From: Octopus sinensis
Taxonomy: Eukaryota
Reading direction: 5' to 3'
Assembly: GCF_006345805.1 (NCBI RefSeq)
Contig: NC_043015.1
Location: forward strand, 53,196,001-53,260,000
Length of the DNA: 64,000 nt
Position 1 is the stretch's first letter, and each line of letters starts with the position of its first letter. Under the pieces are notes generated by a model. The model was given only the letters and a program-made list of their open reading frames with translations. It was not told the DNA's origin and made no database searches. The translations under genes were made by a program, and so were the position numbers. Below are positions 51,990-64,000 of the stretch, piece after piece.

Positions 51990-52749
51990 ATTCGAGATAT
52001 GTCTGAAAAGGGCGTTTGCTAGACTTTACAATATGGCAGTAATATAGACATGTTGTTGTTGGTGGTGGTAGTGGTGATTGTGGCGTTGGTGATGGTGGTG
52101 GCGATGGGGCTGGTGCTGATGATGAAGATGATGACGTCGAAGCTAATAACACTCCACAGTACTGTACAGTTAGTTTTTATGATTTATATTGGATGCAAAC
52201 GTTTGCCAGTTTTCTGTTTTCCAATGGTTTATTAATTTTTTTTCTATTTTTTCTTATTTCCTTGTTTAGTTTGTTTGATGTTGAGTTTTATTTCAGTTGT
52301 GTGTGGTTTTGATGTATTGTGTTTGTGGCTGTCTCTACTTTTTATGAGGTCGGTTATTTCTGATATGTAACTGTCGGGTGGAGGCTGTAGTTTTATGTTG
52401 CTTTGTGGGGGAATATTCTTGCTTTCCATTTTTTCTTTTAGATATGTCTGTAATTATTTCGTTTTATCTACGTAGCGCCGTGTCTATCATTCTGTTTCTT
52501 GATGCGATTCGTTCCGTTGTTGCTTCTTAAACGTTGCAAAATTATTTCGAATTTGCTTCCTTATTGATGTAGGAATGTCTTGTGATGGTCATTGCTAGGG
52601 CAGCTCAAGAAATTTGGGAAAGGTATCTAAAGAAAAAAAGGTAATATCAAATAAATAGTGAAGTGAGGTGATGCTGATTGTTTAGAATGTAGAGGAATTC
52701 TAGCTGCGATGGTAGAATGTGCTACAACAGGTCTCTCCATATACTCATT

Positions 52750-53220
<471 letters not shown>

Positions 53221-53558
53221 CTGTACTATTTGAAAACGAAGCGTAGTTGAGTCCATTAGGGACTCTACACTCATAGAGTTTAGGACAATGCTGTAACTAG
53301 GACATGCCAAGGTAGTGAAACAATAAAATAAATAAATATATATATATATGTCCTTACCTTCCAAACGCAGAATTGATAAAATAGGGGACAACTGATGAAT
53401 GGAATGTCTCATTATGCTGCATGTCTCATTTCTCTGTTTTTTATGTTCTCGTTTCTCATTCTGTCTACGTTTTTTGATGTCCTGTACCCATATATGCATG
53501 TGTATATATACATATATATGTAGGTATGTGCATATATGTATTTATATATTATTTATAT

Positions 53559-53604
<46 letters not shown>

Positions 53605-53649
53605 TGCATTGACTTATATACCTGTAGTCAATTCAAATAAAAGATCAAT

Positions 53650-54420
53650 TACAGAAAAAAAATAATAACGGACAGCAAAAGGACATGCCCAAGGAATGTA
53701 CTAGCTTGAAACCCGGTGAAAAGAAAGAGTTTGACGGTTCGAGCATAGCTCTTCGTCGGAAAGGAGGAAGAGAACTATCCAAACAAGGAAAACAAATCGC
53801 CAACAGCACTTGTATGGTTATATTACTGAAGTGTTTCTATGTATGAATGTATAAAATAGACAGAAGTAACAGGCTGTAACCGATTATTTCGATATATTAC
53901 AATCCATAATCGTGATATCTTTAGATTGAATGCAAGATTTTATGTATGTTATAAGACCACCAACTCTATTCTAACTGGAATTTTCTCCTCTTATTTGACT
54001 TAAATTTGAATTGGTTTTGGATGTAGTCATCTGTTAGTAAGAATTTTTCTTTGATAATTCCTACATGTATTACATGGGCGATGACAACAGTAAAAAATAA
54101 TACTTTTAATGTTATTTGTTTCAAATTGTAGAATTGAAACAAATGATGCATCTTGTTTACAATATGTCTAACATTTATTTTCTATAGAGCTCTTGACTTT
54201 GGGAATGTAACAATGCTTCGTAATTGCTGCGGTTCCTGTCAGTGCTATTTCTTCCCTGAAGTCGATAATTTTTCTAGATTATTATTTGGTGTGGAGGGTT
54301 TATGAAAATTTTGACGGTGTTCTTAAACGCCTTAGGTTTTCATGGGATTGTTAAGTCGGATTCCTCTATAACTGGTACCACTCTCACCCTTCAAAATTAC
54401 CGAGTAAAATATTTATCTTT
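53650..54420 (-). mobile_element. Decayed Penelope-like 3' end (GIY-YIG-like remnant, then pseudo-LTR with degenerate HHR)
   Basis: On the minus strand a broken C..C..Y-type segment at ~54030-54100 is followed by CCGACGA-A-GAGC-TAT-GCTC-GAAC-CG-TC at ~53727-53764. Confidence 0.5.
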
Positions 54421-54551
54421 CTGAGAATTTATCGTTCGATCGGCAATCTAGACGCAACTATCCAATCTTCCTTAATCGTGTAAAATATTCACAAAGAGTT
54501 AATCGTCTCTTTTTAACTACTGAGATTAAATTAAAAGAAAATAAAAATCGC

Positions 54552-54720
54552 GAGTTGGCAGAATGCAGAATGGCACTTCCTCCAGCTTTACGTTCTTAGT
54601 TCAATTCCCATCGAAGGCGGTTTTTCCTTTTACCGTTTCGGGATCAGTAAATTAAAGTACCAATTAAGCACTGCGGTCGATGTAAACAACGAGCCTCTCT
54701 CCCAACGAGTCCTTGTGACT
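54552..54720 (+). mobile_element. SINE family B, degenerate
   Basis: gcgagttggcagaat...cttagttcaattccc...tttcgggatc..taaattaaagtacc. Confidence 0.6.
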
Positions 54721-55106
54721 TTTGTAGGGAGAACTATATAAAAAGAAAATTATATCAAAAATTGTACCAAATGAAAACAAATGAATAGCAAAATTACTGT
54801 TCTACATTTAAGAGATGAGGGTAGAGGAACATCGCAAAGCTGTGACACGAGGAGATATTGATAAAACGGGTATAGCTGATCATGAATGGAAAAATGAAGA
54901 CCACCTCTCCCTGTGGGATGAAGTTAAAATAATAGACAGAGAATACTACTGGAAAATACGAAAACTAAAAGCAGCACATATGCTAGGACACAACAACCAC
55001 CTAAGCAGACCGAGTGTAGATATGAATAGCATATGTGAACCGGTATTAAGGAAGGATAGGAAATATTAGACTTATAAGCACTAAATTCCCTCTATAATTG
55101 CCATTA

Positions 55107-55154
55107 TGGCATAGTGGTTAAGAGCGCGGGCTACTAACCCCAAGATTCCTAGTT
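55107..55154 (+). promoter_or_regulatory. tRNA-like Pol III A-box module in the PLE 3' region
   Basis: TGGCATAGTGG (55107-55117) fits the A box TRGCNNARYGG; the B box GAGTTCGATTCC is retained in the homologous copy (25641-25652, minus). Confidence 0.6.
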
Positions 55155-55262
55155 AATAATAATAATAATTATTAATATTATTAGTATTATTATTATTGTT
55201 ATTATTATTATAACATCGAAAAATACCTTAGGAATGAGAACACACGTTCGAAATTTCCCCAA

Positions 55263-55308
55263 AACACCTGATGAAGGCTGGTGGGTATATCAGCCGAAAC
55301 GTTGTGTT
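55263..55308 (+). ncRNA. Hammerhead ribozyme (family C) with fully Watson-Crick stems
   Basis: AACAC-CUGAUGA-A-GGCUG-gtgggtatat-CAGCC-GAAA-CG-UU-GUGUU. Confidence 0.88.
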
Positions 55309-55589
55309 AACAACAAACAAGATGAGGACAAATATCCGGCAATTGTGAATAATGGAAATAATGTAAATAAAGACCAAGATTACTGATTCAAATTCGATAT
55401 GTAATATCCTATTAACTATGCTTAATTTATTGAATAAAGAATTATGAACTTAGTATTAATATGTAGATTCGATTATTTATAAGTTGCATTTTATCTCTCA
55501 TCCCACCTCTCGCTCTTTTTCTTTCTTTATACATACATACATATATACATACATACATGCATACATATATATATATTTATATATATATA

Positions 55590-55945
55590 GGTGCAAGAGC
55601 AGCTGTGTGGTAAGTAGCTTGCTTATCAACCACATGGTCCCAGGTTCGATCCCACTGCGTGGCACTGTGGGCAAGTGTCTCACAAAGCCTTGTGAGTGGT
55701 TTTGGTAGATGGAAGCTGAAAGAAGCCCTCCATATACAGATGTGTGTGGGTGGGAGGGTTGTGAGTCTGTGTTTGCCCCCACCCCCCACCCAACATCACT
55801 TGACAACCGATGCTGGTGTGTTTACGTCCAGGTAGCTTGGATGTAAATAGACCGATAGATTAAGTACTAGGCTTACAAAGAATGTTCTACTCAAGGCGGT
55901 ACTCCAGCATGGCCTCAGCCAAATGACTGAAACGAATAAAAGAAT
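55590..55945 (+). mobile_element. SINE family A
   Basis: Head gctgtgtggtaagtagcttgcttatcaaccacatggtcccaggttcgatcccactgcgtggcac, core and tail to gaaacgaataaaagaata. Confidence 0.9.
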
Positions 55946-56698
55946 ATATGTATATATATATGTGTGTGTGTATCCATACATATACATATGTGGCGTGTGT
56001 GTGTCGGTTCGGTTTGAATATATTGCTTTTCTGTTGAGATGTTATGAGCGCACTTATGAGCCGTGCAAACATTGCACTCAAGTATTTAGTAAATAAACCA
56101 AGAATTAGCAACCAGTTCTACATATTATTAAGCTAGTTGACATACATCGTTTGTTGTAAGTTCTTCATTTACTTAGAAATGTAGATCAAGCACAACTGTG
56201 CCACAAGTCTTCGATAAGAAACGATATTCGATCTTATATTTTGCTGCTAATAACATTTGGCTTTTAAAAACGCATAAAAAGAATTTAATTTCAAAGGTAC
56301 AGTTCTTTGAAGATGGGTGGGGGGGCATCTAAATTTTGTGGTGTTAGAACGTTTGATAAAGAGGATGGTGGTGATGGTGGTTGTGGGAACTCAAGAAAAA
56401 GTATTTTTTGAAAAATCAACAAAATTTATATTGTACGTAAGTTAGAAATCGAAAAATTATTGGGGATTGCGCTTCCCTCCACTCACCGCACGGACATAAT
56501 GATTTATTAAATTAATACAAAACTTAAGAAAAAAACCGCATGTGTAGGTACGTGTAAACAAACACACACACACATACACACATACACATACAAGCAAACA
56601 TTTTTATGAATATATATATATATTATACATATATGCGTGTGTGCTCACGCGTTTTGTGCGTGTGTCTACATTCTCACCAATGTACATGCATTTAGGTA

Positions 56699-56734
<36 letters not shown>

Positions 56735-57490
56735 TATATGTGTGTGTGTATCCATACATATACATATGTGGCGTGTGTGTGTCGGTTCGGTTTGAATATA
56801 TTGCTTTTCTGTTGAGATGTTATGAGCGCACTTATGAGCCGTGCAAACATTGCACTCAAGTATTTAGTAAATAAACCAAGAATTAGCAACCAGTTCTACA
56901 TATTATTAAGCTAGTTGACATACATCGTTTGTTGTAAGTTCTTCATTTACTTAGAAATGTAGATCAAGCACAACTGTGCCACAAGTCTTCGATAAGGAAA
57001 CGATATTCGATCTTATATTGTGCTGCTAATAACATTTGGCTTTTAAAAACGCATAAAAAGAATTTAATTTCAAAGGTACAGTTCTTTGAAGATGGGTGGG
57101 GGGGCATCTAAATTTTGTGGTGTTAGAACGTTTGATAAAGAGAATGGTGGTGATGGTGGTTGTGGGAACTCAAGAAAAAGTATTTTTGAAAAAATCAACA
57201 AAATTTATATTGTACGTAAGTTAGAAATCGAAAAATTATTGGGGATTGCGCTTCCCTCCACTCACCGCACGGACATAATGATTTATTAAATTAATACAAA
57301 CTTAAGAAAACCGCATGTGTAGGTACGTGTAAACAAACACACACACACATACACACATACACATACAAGCAAACATTTTTATGAATATATATATATATTA
57401 TACATATATGCGTGTGTGCTCACGCGTTTTGTGCGTGTGTCTACATTCTCACCAATGTACATGCATTTAGGTATCTCTCTCTCTATATAT
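55945..57490. repeat. ~778-bp near-identical tandem duplication
   Basis: tatccatacatatacatatgtggcg at 55971 and 56749; units colinear with few differences; junction inside a (TC)n(TA)n run. Confidence 0.95.
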
Positions 57491-57502
57491 ATATATTTAT
57501 AT

Positions 57503-57561
<59 letters not shown>

Positions 57562-58193
57562 CATATATATATATATATATGCACACACATCCACACCCCA
57601 CAAGCACACGCACGCACAAACATATATACATATAATATTATATATATATATATATATATGAATTTATATATAGACACTCACACACATATATATACATATG
57701 CACATGAGCGCGCGCATTCACACGTATTTACCAATTTATGGTGGAATCTCTATTATAAAGAATCTGATGATAAACTGGGCGAGAATCAATGGTAAAATTA
57801 ACGAAATCAATTACTAGAAATATTTTATATGAAAAGAAAAAGTAATTTGATAAATTTCATTGATGTTCTGTGAACCGTACAGAATTTCATAAAATATTCG
57901 ATACACATTACCTATATTAATATGAATACGATCTAATCAGCATAAATACAATGTTTCGAGCTATCTATTTATATAGGTTTGTCTCCTATCTATGAATCTA
58001 CATATTTGTTTATTAGTGTGTTTGTCTATCTTTTCTATATGGTTGTTTGTCTGTTTGTCAGAGCTGACTGTTTGTCTGGCTGTCTGTTTCTCAGTCTCTG
58101 TCTGTTTGGCTGTCAGATCATTTATACATCTTGTATTTATTTATCTACTTTTGAAAACTATATGCTGTTCATCAGATTACAGGCTTGCGCGTG

Positions 58194-58225
<32 letters not shown>

Positions 58226-58332
58226 CCTGCGTGTGTGTGTGTGAGTATAAATATATATACATATATGCCTACATGCATTTCTTCTCACCTTTCTCTCTCT
58301 CTTTCTACACACACACACACACATATATATAT

Positions 58333-58365
<33 letters not shown>

Positions 58366-58739
58366 TTCCTAGACATATAATATGCATGTGTGCATTTACG
58401 CACGTATATTATATATATATTTTACAAATTAATTTATATAAATACAAACATATATTTGCAAATTAATATATATATATATATATACATAATGCATGTATAT
58501 GTGTATATATATATATGTGTGTATATATATGTATATATATATGTGTGTGTGTGTGTGTGTACATTTATATGTCTATCTTGATACATGTATTTATACGCCT
58601 CTGCGTATGTATAGTCGCAAATATATCCATAAACCAATTTGCATATATTTGTCAATATATGAACCTATCATACATGTATGTACGTACATACATACATACA
58701 CACACATACACATACACACATACATACATATATATATTA

Positions 58740-59918
58740 AAGGTGGGCACCGTTAATGGAAAAGTTAACTTCGTTAACCTGTTAACGTGTTAATTTGTTA
58801 ACGCAAAAGTTAACTCTGATAACCGTTAATCAGTTTATTCTTTAAAAATGTAATGGAAAGAAGTTATCGATAAACCATTAACCAAAAAAGTATTTTTTGT
58901 TTTTGTTTTTGTTTTTTTTTACTTTAGAGTTTAAAATTACTGATTTTATAATTTTAAGTTTTCATAAACCTAAAAAGTCTGTTTTCATGGTTTGGGTCCT
59001 GTTTTAGATTTTTTAAGAATTAGAGCCAGAAAAGTTTTTTAAAAAAGCGCAAATGAAACACAATATTAATATTAAACTAGAAATGATTTATTAATAAAGA
59101 GGCTGCAAAAAAAATAAAGAAACGAAAAGTGAGAAACATGATAAGTACACAATTTGATTGTTCATCTTCTCGTTTTCCATTTCGTTCATGAGATGCATGT
59201 TGCCCGTCATGCAAATTAGCCCGTCAAAGGTTTTATCAGACAGGGATGATATCTTTGTCCTAAAGATGACATTGCTTATAGAGAAAAAACGCTCCATTGC
59301 AGCACAGCAGGGAATAGCTGTGTTGGACTTGCTGAACAAGTCAACCAGCGCTTGCTCACCCCAAAAAGGCAGCATCTGTCAACATGTCCTTGGAGTTGGT
59401 CTCCAACCAGGTCTTGACCAAATTCTGGGCCTTGTCCTTGAGTGACCTGTGGCTTCTGCAGCTCTCTTTTAGTTGGGTGACACCACTGAAGAGGTCATCC
59501 TTCTCTTTGTTGTTGCTGCCTCCACCGTTGCTGCTCAAGTCGTTAGATTGCTGCCTCATGGCCTTCTCGAGCTTACCCTGCATGCTTTTCTATACCTTGG
59601 CGACCTTCGTGTTGTCAAACTTATCCAACTAGATGAGGCGAAACTTGGGGTGGAAAGCAGCAGCCAGATGGCATTCCTCATTCACCAGTAAGGTCCTAAA
59701 CCTTTTGCAGATGCTTGCCAAAAGTGCGTCGGCCAAGGGGCTGCAGTAGATCAGTCACTTTGACTTCAAATCCTTGAGCCTAAAGATCGTTGCAACAACT
59801 TGGGTTAATGGATCTTAAATGTAACAGAAGTGAATTAGTCCGATAACGATTTCCAGAGTTAACTTAAAAGTTAAATTGCTAACGAAAATGTTGATTAACA
59901 ATTAACAGATTAACGGTG
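58740..59918 (-). mobile_element. Internally deleted hAT transposon
   Basis: Minus strand NTAIPCCAAMERFFS...RTKISSLSDKTF..L..M.GN resembles the hAT C-terminal dimerisation domain; inverted CACCGTTAAT at 58748-58757 and 59909-59918; many subterminal GTTAAC motifs. Confidence 0.85.
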
Positions 59919-59950
<32 letters not shown>

Positions 59951-59975
59951 CATTGGATATATTTACATATTTATA

Positions 59976-60028
<53 letters not shown>

Positions 60029-60285
60029 CGGTTCGGTTATCTACACACACACAGGCACACACATATGCACACACTTACGTGCATCTTTGAATCTATTATT
60101 GTCACTAATTGTTACACATATTGATAATTATTTATCTAGATTAGCGACTCACCCATCACACATATCGTCACCATATTTGCGCTATAAACATGCATACGTG
60201 CAAATTTTAATTCATACATATGTCTACATGCGTGAATATTGGTTAGGAATGTCAGTAACTGGATGGGTGCGTGCTCAGCCTTATG

Positions 60286-61390
60286 TATTGGGTTGGCAAC
60301 TAAGTTCCCGCTGTTTTTTAAATTTTGGAATTTATTGCGTTTTTAAATTTTGGAATATATTTTTTTTTCGAGAATCCTATTTTTAGATCATTTTGGAATC
60401 TATTTTATTATATTCTCTAGTTAATTTTAATTATTTTTTGTATATTTTCAGATCATTAAAATGGAATGTCAAGTTAAGAAAAACGAGTATTTTCGACACC
60501 TCCTTCTTTTTGCTTTTAATCAAGGTTCTCTGGCCGCAAACGCTGCTCGCAACATTTGTACTGTGTATGGAGAAGGTGCCATAAATAAAAGAACCCCTCA
60601 TGATTGGTATGCCACGTTTAAAAATGGAAATTTTGACCTCCAAGGCGCACCTCGTTCTGGCCGTCCAGCTGAGTTCGATGAAGAGCCATTAAACCAACTT
60701 TTGCACGAAAATTCTCGTCAAACGACAAGGGAACTGGCAGAGAAAAGGGAATTCTCCTACACTGCTATAGAGAAGCACCTTCACTCGATGGGAAATGTTC
60801 AGAAGTATGGAGGATAGATTCCGCATCCTTTAAGGGACAACAGCAAAAATCGACGAGCCACAATCTCCACTGGTTTGCTTGCTCGTCACCGCTCAACTCA
60901 TGGACACAAGCACGATATCTTTACCGAATCGTTACTGGCGCGAAAACTTGTGCCTGTATGAAGCAACGTAAGAATGGCTTGGCCCCGGTAAACAAGCGAC
61001 ACAACTCGTGAAACAAGATCTTCATCCGCGTAAAACGACGTTGTGCACATGGTGGGACTGGGAAGGGATTATCCATAACGAATAGCCTGACCAGAACCAA
61101 ACGGTCAACGCTGAACTCTATGTTCAACAGATGGAACGAATCAACTCGGCTATTCAAGAGAAAAGACCTAATCGTGAGCATGGAGTTCTTCTGCTGCGCG
61201 ACAACGCCCGCCCTCATATCGTCAGTGTAACCAAGGAAGCCATTCAAACGCATGGCTGGGAAGTGCTCCCGCACCTGCCGTACTCTCCTGATTTGGCACC
61301 AACGGATTTCCACCTCTTTCGATTTCTTTCAAATACTATGCGCGGATTTTTTTTCAATACTGATGCAAAATTGAGAGCTTGGTAGGATCG
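60286..61390 (+). mobile_element. Decayed mariner (DD34D) with left TIR, same family as 10420-11562
   Basis: TA plus TTGGGTTGGCAACTAAGTT; MECQVKKNEYFRHLLLFAFNQG; DNARPH...SPDLAPTD gives exactly 34 residues between the second and third catalytic D. Confidence 0.92.
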
Positions 61391-62329
61391 ATCATTTTAC
61401 GATCAAAATTATATGTTTATTCGATTATTTCTAAAACTGTTATCGATGTATCGGGTATGAATATTTTACTTGTCATCGTGTTTTTTTTCAAATATCCCAA
61501 AGTTCATTCCTGCCTGATAATCGATTACATGAAACTCTGAGTACGATTTCCAGCTTCAGTAAAACAATATACGGATGTGTTTCTGTGTGTGCGGACATGT
61601 ATGTATGTAGTATGTATGTATGTATGTATGTATGTATGTATGTATGTATGTATGTATGTAGGTCTGTAAGTACGTATGTATGTATGTAAATGTGTATTAT
61701 GTAAATGTGTGTTTATGTAATTGTGCATGTATGTATGTACGTATGTGCATATATATATATACATGCATATATATGTGTGTGTGTGTGCATTTATATTCAT
61801 ATATATGTATGCATATGTATGCGTAGTCGTGTGTTTCAGTGTTTTGTGGTGGGGAGGGGTTCCTCTCAGGAAGGTAAGATTTTGGTTTCGATTCTTAGAC
61901 CGGGCGATGCTTTGCGTTCTTCATTTTGTTGTGGTAACTATGTAAGGACTAAGTGCATTCCTAACACAAAGGGCTTGTCAGGATCGCTAGAGCAGCAGAC
62001 AATGGTAATAAGCACGTTTATTTAATTACGTTTCTCAAAATTTTGAATTTAGTTCTGTTATAGATCCACTTGTCTTCCATCTCTTTTAGATGTCGGTAAA
62101 ATGACCATTATTGGATAACATATCAGCGGCCCCTAACCTTCTTATAGCTTTGCACATTTCCCCCCTGAAACTTCAGGCACATAATATCATTTACATGCTT
62201 TGTATGGCGTATAAGTGGCCGAGATCACAACACCCTTCTTTTTAACGGACACCGGACGTCAAGGGTTTAAAGGGAACAATTTTGAGTAGAGGGGACAAAT
62301 CACTTACGTGGATGAACCTCAGAGCTAGA

Positions 62330-62610
62330 CCTAAAAGGATGAAAGGCAAAGTTGACCTCGGCGGAAATTGAACTTGAAACGTAAATAGTTGTAAGATATA
62401 TAGCTAAGCATTTTGTCTATGGCGGTAACGATTGCCCCAGTTCGGCGCCTTTTGTACCTCTTTAGAGATCAATAATTTAGTAGACGCTATTTGCCTTTCA
62501 TCTTGCGAGAGGTCGATAAAATAAATGGCCGATCAAGTAGGTATCATGATTGATTATATCGATACTGCACTCTGCTTAAATCAGTGGCATTGTGTTAAGG
62601 TTAGAAACCA
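62330..62610. mobile_element. Two degenerate SINE family B fragments in opposite orientation
   Basis: aaaaggatgaaaggcaaagttgacctcggcggaaattgaac (minus) and tttgcctttcatc...gtcgataaaataaat (plus). Confidence 0.6.
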
Positions 62611-63169
62611 ATATTTTATGGCAGAATTCTGTTTATGGAATAAATTATTGAGAGGTTAGTCTTTAGAGGGGTGAACCTTGAAGCATACACAAACTCACAT
62701 ATTCACACACACATATGTATATATTCACACGCACACACACATACACACACACACCAGCACATACATACACCAGCACATAAAGTCACACACACAGAAATAC
62801 ACTCATTCACACTCACATACAAATATTTAAATATACTCCTACACACATACTTAAAGACATATACACACTCACATACACGCACAATACACACACCTTCTCA
62901 CACACACTCTCATACACGGCATCAACACCTTATGCACATTCAAGAACATTCACACACACACATTTTATCACACATGCTAACATATTCACCGTCAGACACA
63001 GACATACAGACAGACACACAAACTCTAACACTTACACATTCACACATCCTCTCACGCACACACACATACATACTCATCTGTATACACACGCAGTCATATG
63101 TTCACACTCTCAAACGCACTCAAACAAACAAACAAACACACAACTTGATTTATATGTATCGAAGTCTTT

Positions 63170-63390
63170 AATATTTAAACCGGTTATTCCCGGCCCAAAT
63201 ATTCTACTGTTTTACGTTCAAATTGGCTAGATCCAGCCTTTCACACACACCCTACATTGTTATTCTAAAAAGTAAACCATCACATCATTGAAATATCAAA
63301 TCTAGGATATAATGTATGATTAATTCAAAACGATATGAATGCATAAGCATTACATTTGATCGAATAATCTGAATGATAAAGAATTATGAC
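63170..63390. mobile_element. Possible degenerate piggyBac-like MITE
   Basis: Weak inverted ends (ctttaatattt / aatgataaag); the classification relies on recalled similarity only. Confidence 0.25.
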
Positions 63391-63444
63391 TTACTTGACT
63401 CTTCCAAACGGTATTAATGGAATGAGTGATGGGACTGATAAGAA

Positions 63445-63665
63445 TAATGGTTTCAAATTTTAGCACAGCGCCAATAATTTCGGTGGCGGTAGGATGAAGT
63501 CGATTACATCGACCCCAGTACTCAGCTGGTACTTATTTTATCGACCTCTGAAAAAATGAAAGCAAAGTCGACCTCAGTCAGATTTGAACGCAGAACGTAA
63601 AGATGAACGAAATGCTGGTAAGAGTTTTCCCTGGGCTGTTAATGCTTCTGCCGGCTCACCGCATT
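63445..63665 (-). mobile_element. SINE family B
   Basis: gtcgattacatcgaccccagtactcagctggtacttattttatcgacc...aaagtcgacctc...ttctgccggctcaccgc. Confidence 0.8.
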
Positions 63666-64000
63666 AAGAGGGATAATAATGAATCGCCAATAGGATTTGA
63701 AAAGTAAATTTCCTTTTCTGGGAATTTGGAAAATATTTCATGTTCTAATCGTGTTACCATAGGGACTGAAGTTGATTTTGAATTTTATGGTGATTTATTA
63801 TATTTTATTTAATTCGCTGTATGTCAAGGAAGGAGCAGTGACCACGTGTATGGCAGGCCATTATTGACCATTATTGTTGTTGCTATTAATGTTTAGTTTA
63901 AAGGAAACACCTGTAGATCAATTCCCTGCAGGAAAGAGATGAGTAGGGAGGAGATTTCAGAGGGATTAATATCTGGGGAGGGGGAAGAAGGATTGGACAT

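Larger units (their letters stand above)
54797..55370 (+). mobile_element. 5'-truncated Penelope-like element (family C): inverted pLTR stub, GIY-YIG C-terminus, tRNA-like module, (TAA)n, HHR
   Basis: RVEEHRKAV..GD..K.GIADH.WK..DH...WDEVKIIDRE..WKIRKLK.A is typical of PLE GIY-YIG C-termini. 54797-54820 is the reverse complement of the family C 3' end. Confidence 0.85.

Overview
AT-rich eukaryotic non-coding DNA with one 100-N assembly gap (24151-24250). The repeat content looks cephalopod, probably Octopus (inference from repeat style, not from a search). I recognise no host protein-coding gene; almost all ORFs in the supplied track are microsatellite translations. The window is a mosaic of four things. 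(1) Dense di-, tri- and tetranucleotide microsatellites. (2) At least four tRNA-derived SINE families, about 30 copies. (3) Decayed DNA transposons: DD34D mariners, a maT-like Tc1/mariner, an internally deleted hAT and several MITEs/foldbacks. (4) Non-LTR retroelement remnants: Tx1/L1-like, R4/Dong-like, an RTE-type tail and Penelope-like elements (PLEs). The most interesting signal is about ten minimal hammerhead-ribozyme (HHR) motifs from three repeat families, two of them linked to PLE GIY-YIG remnants. In one family a tRNA-like Pol III A/B-box module and a (TAA)n spacer precede the ribozyme in two independent copies. A single copy of another family has a G3-C8 swapped catalytic core. A second theme is apparent microsatellite targeting: a Tx1-like LINE at (TATC)n, and an R4-like fragment plus an unclassified ~560-bp element at (TAA)n-type arrays. 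All family names and novelty statements are from pattern recognition, not database searches.
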